From Amoebidium appalachense (taxonomy: Eukaryota > Protista > Ichthyosporea), in the NCBI GenBank assembly GCA_963693365.1, contig CAVNZM010000005.1:11369728-11433727 (forward strand): DNA of 64,000 nt, read 5' to 3'. The notes beneath the pieces are model-generated. The model had not been told where the DNA came from, searched no databases, and saw only the letters and a list, made by a program, of their open reading frames with translations. Both the position numbers and the translations under genes were made by a program. This document shows, piece by piece, positions 63,833 through 64,000 of the stretch (the stretch's first letter is position 1; each line of letters starts with the position of its first letter).

Positions 63833-64000
63833 CTGGGGGGGGGGGGGGGGGGGGGGGGGGGGGAGGGGGGGGGGAAAGGGTGTGTGTTAGGAATGAGGGG
63901 GAGGGAGGATGGTGGGAAGATTTGCATGACACGGTGCTCAAGGGACAGGAGGCTCACTGGCAAAAAGGGTGCGGGAGGGAGGGGGAGAACGAGAGCGGAC

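Overview
Eukaryotic genomic DNA, intron-dense and saturated with microsatellites ((CA/TG)n, (GA/TC)n, (GTGC)n) and G/C homopolymers. Nearly all ORFs in the six-frame track are repeat artefacts. Exon chains were assembled by hand from splice sites and reading phase. Genes found: the 5' end of POLR3C (-) head-to-head with PRIM2 (+, 15 exons); a predicted N-myristoylated inositol 5-phosphatase with a C-terminal C2-like region (-, 14 exons) carrying intronic tRNA-Met and tRNA-Ala; a mitochondrial RCC1-repeat FMP25-like gene (-, 15 exons); an intronless 172-aa two-TM orphan (+); CPSF3 (+, 19 exons); an MFSD14/HIAT1-like MFS transporter (-, 3 exons); and a probable terminal exon at the right edge. 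A unicellular opisthokont source is my inference from the protein set, not verified. The main unexplained signals are (i) a ~100-225 bp intronic repeat family with about 10 copies, always abutting a G/C tract and always in the same orientation relative to the host transcript, and (ii) an intron grammar of poly(C) just after weak donors and (CA)n running directly into the acceptor AG. All family assignments are from recalled motifs, not database searches.
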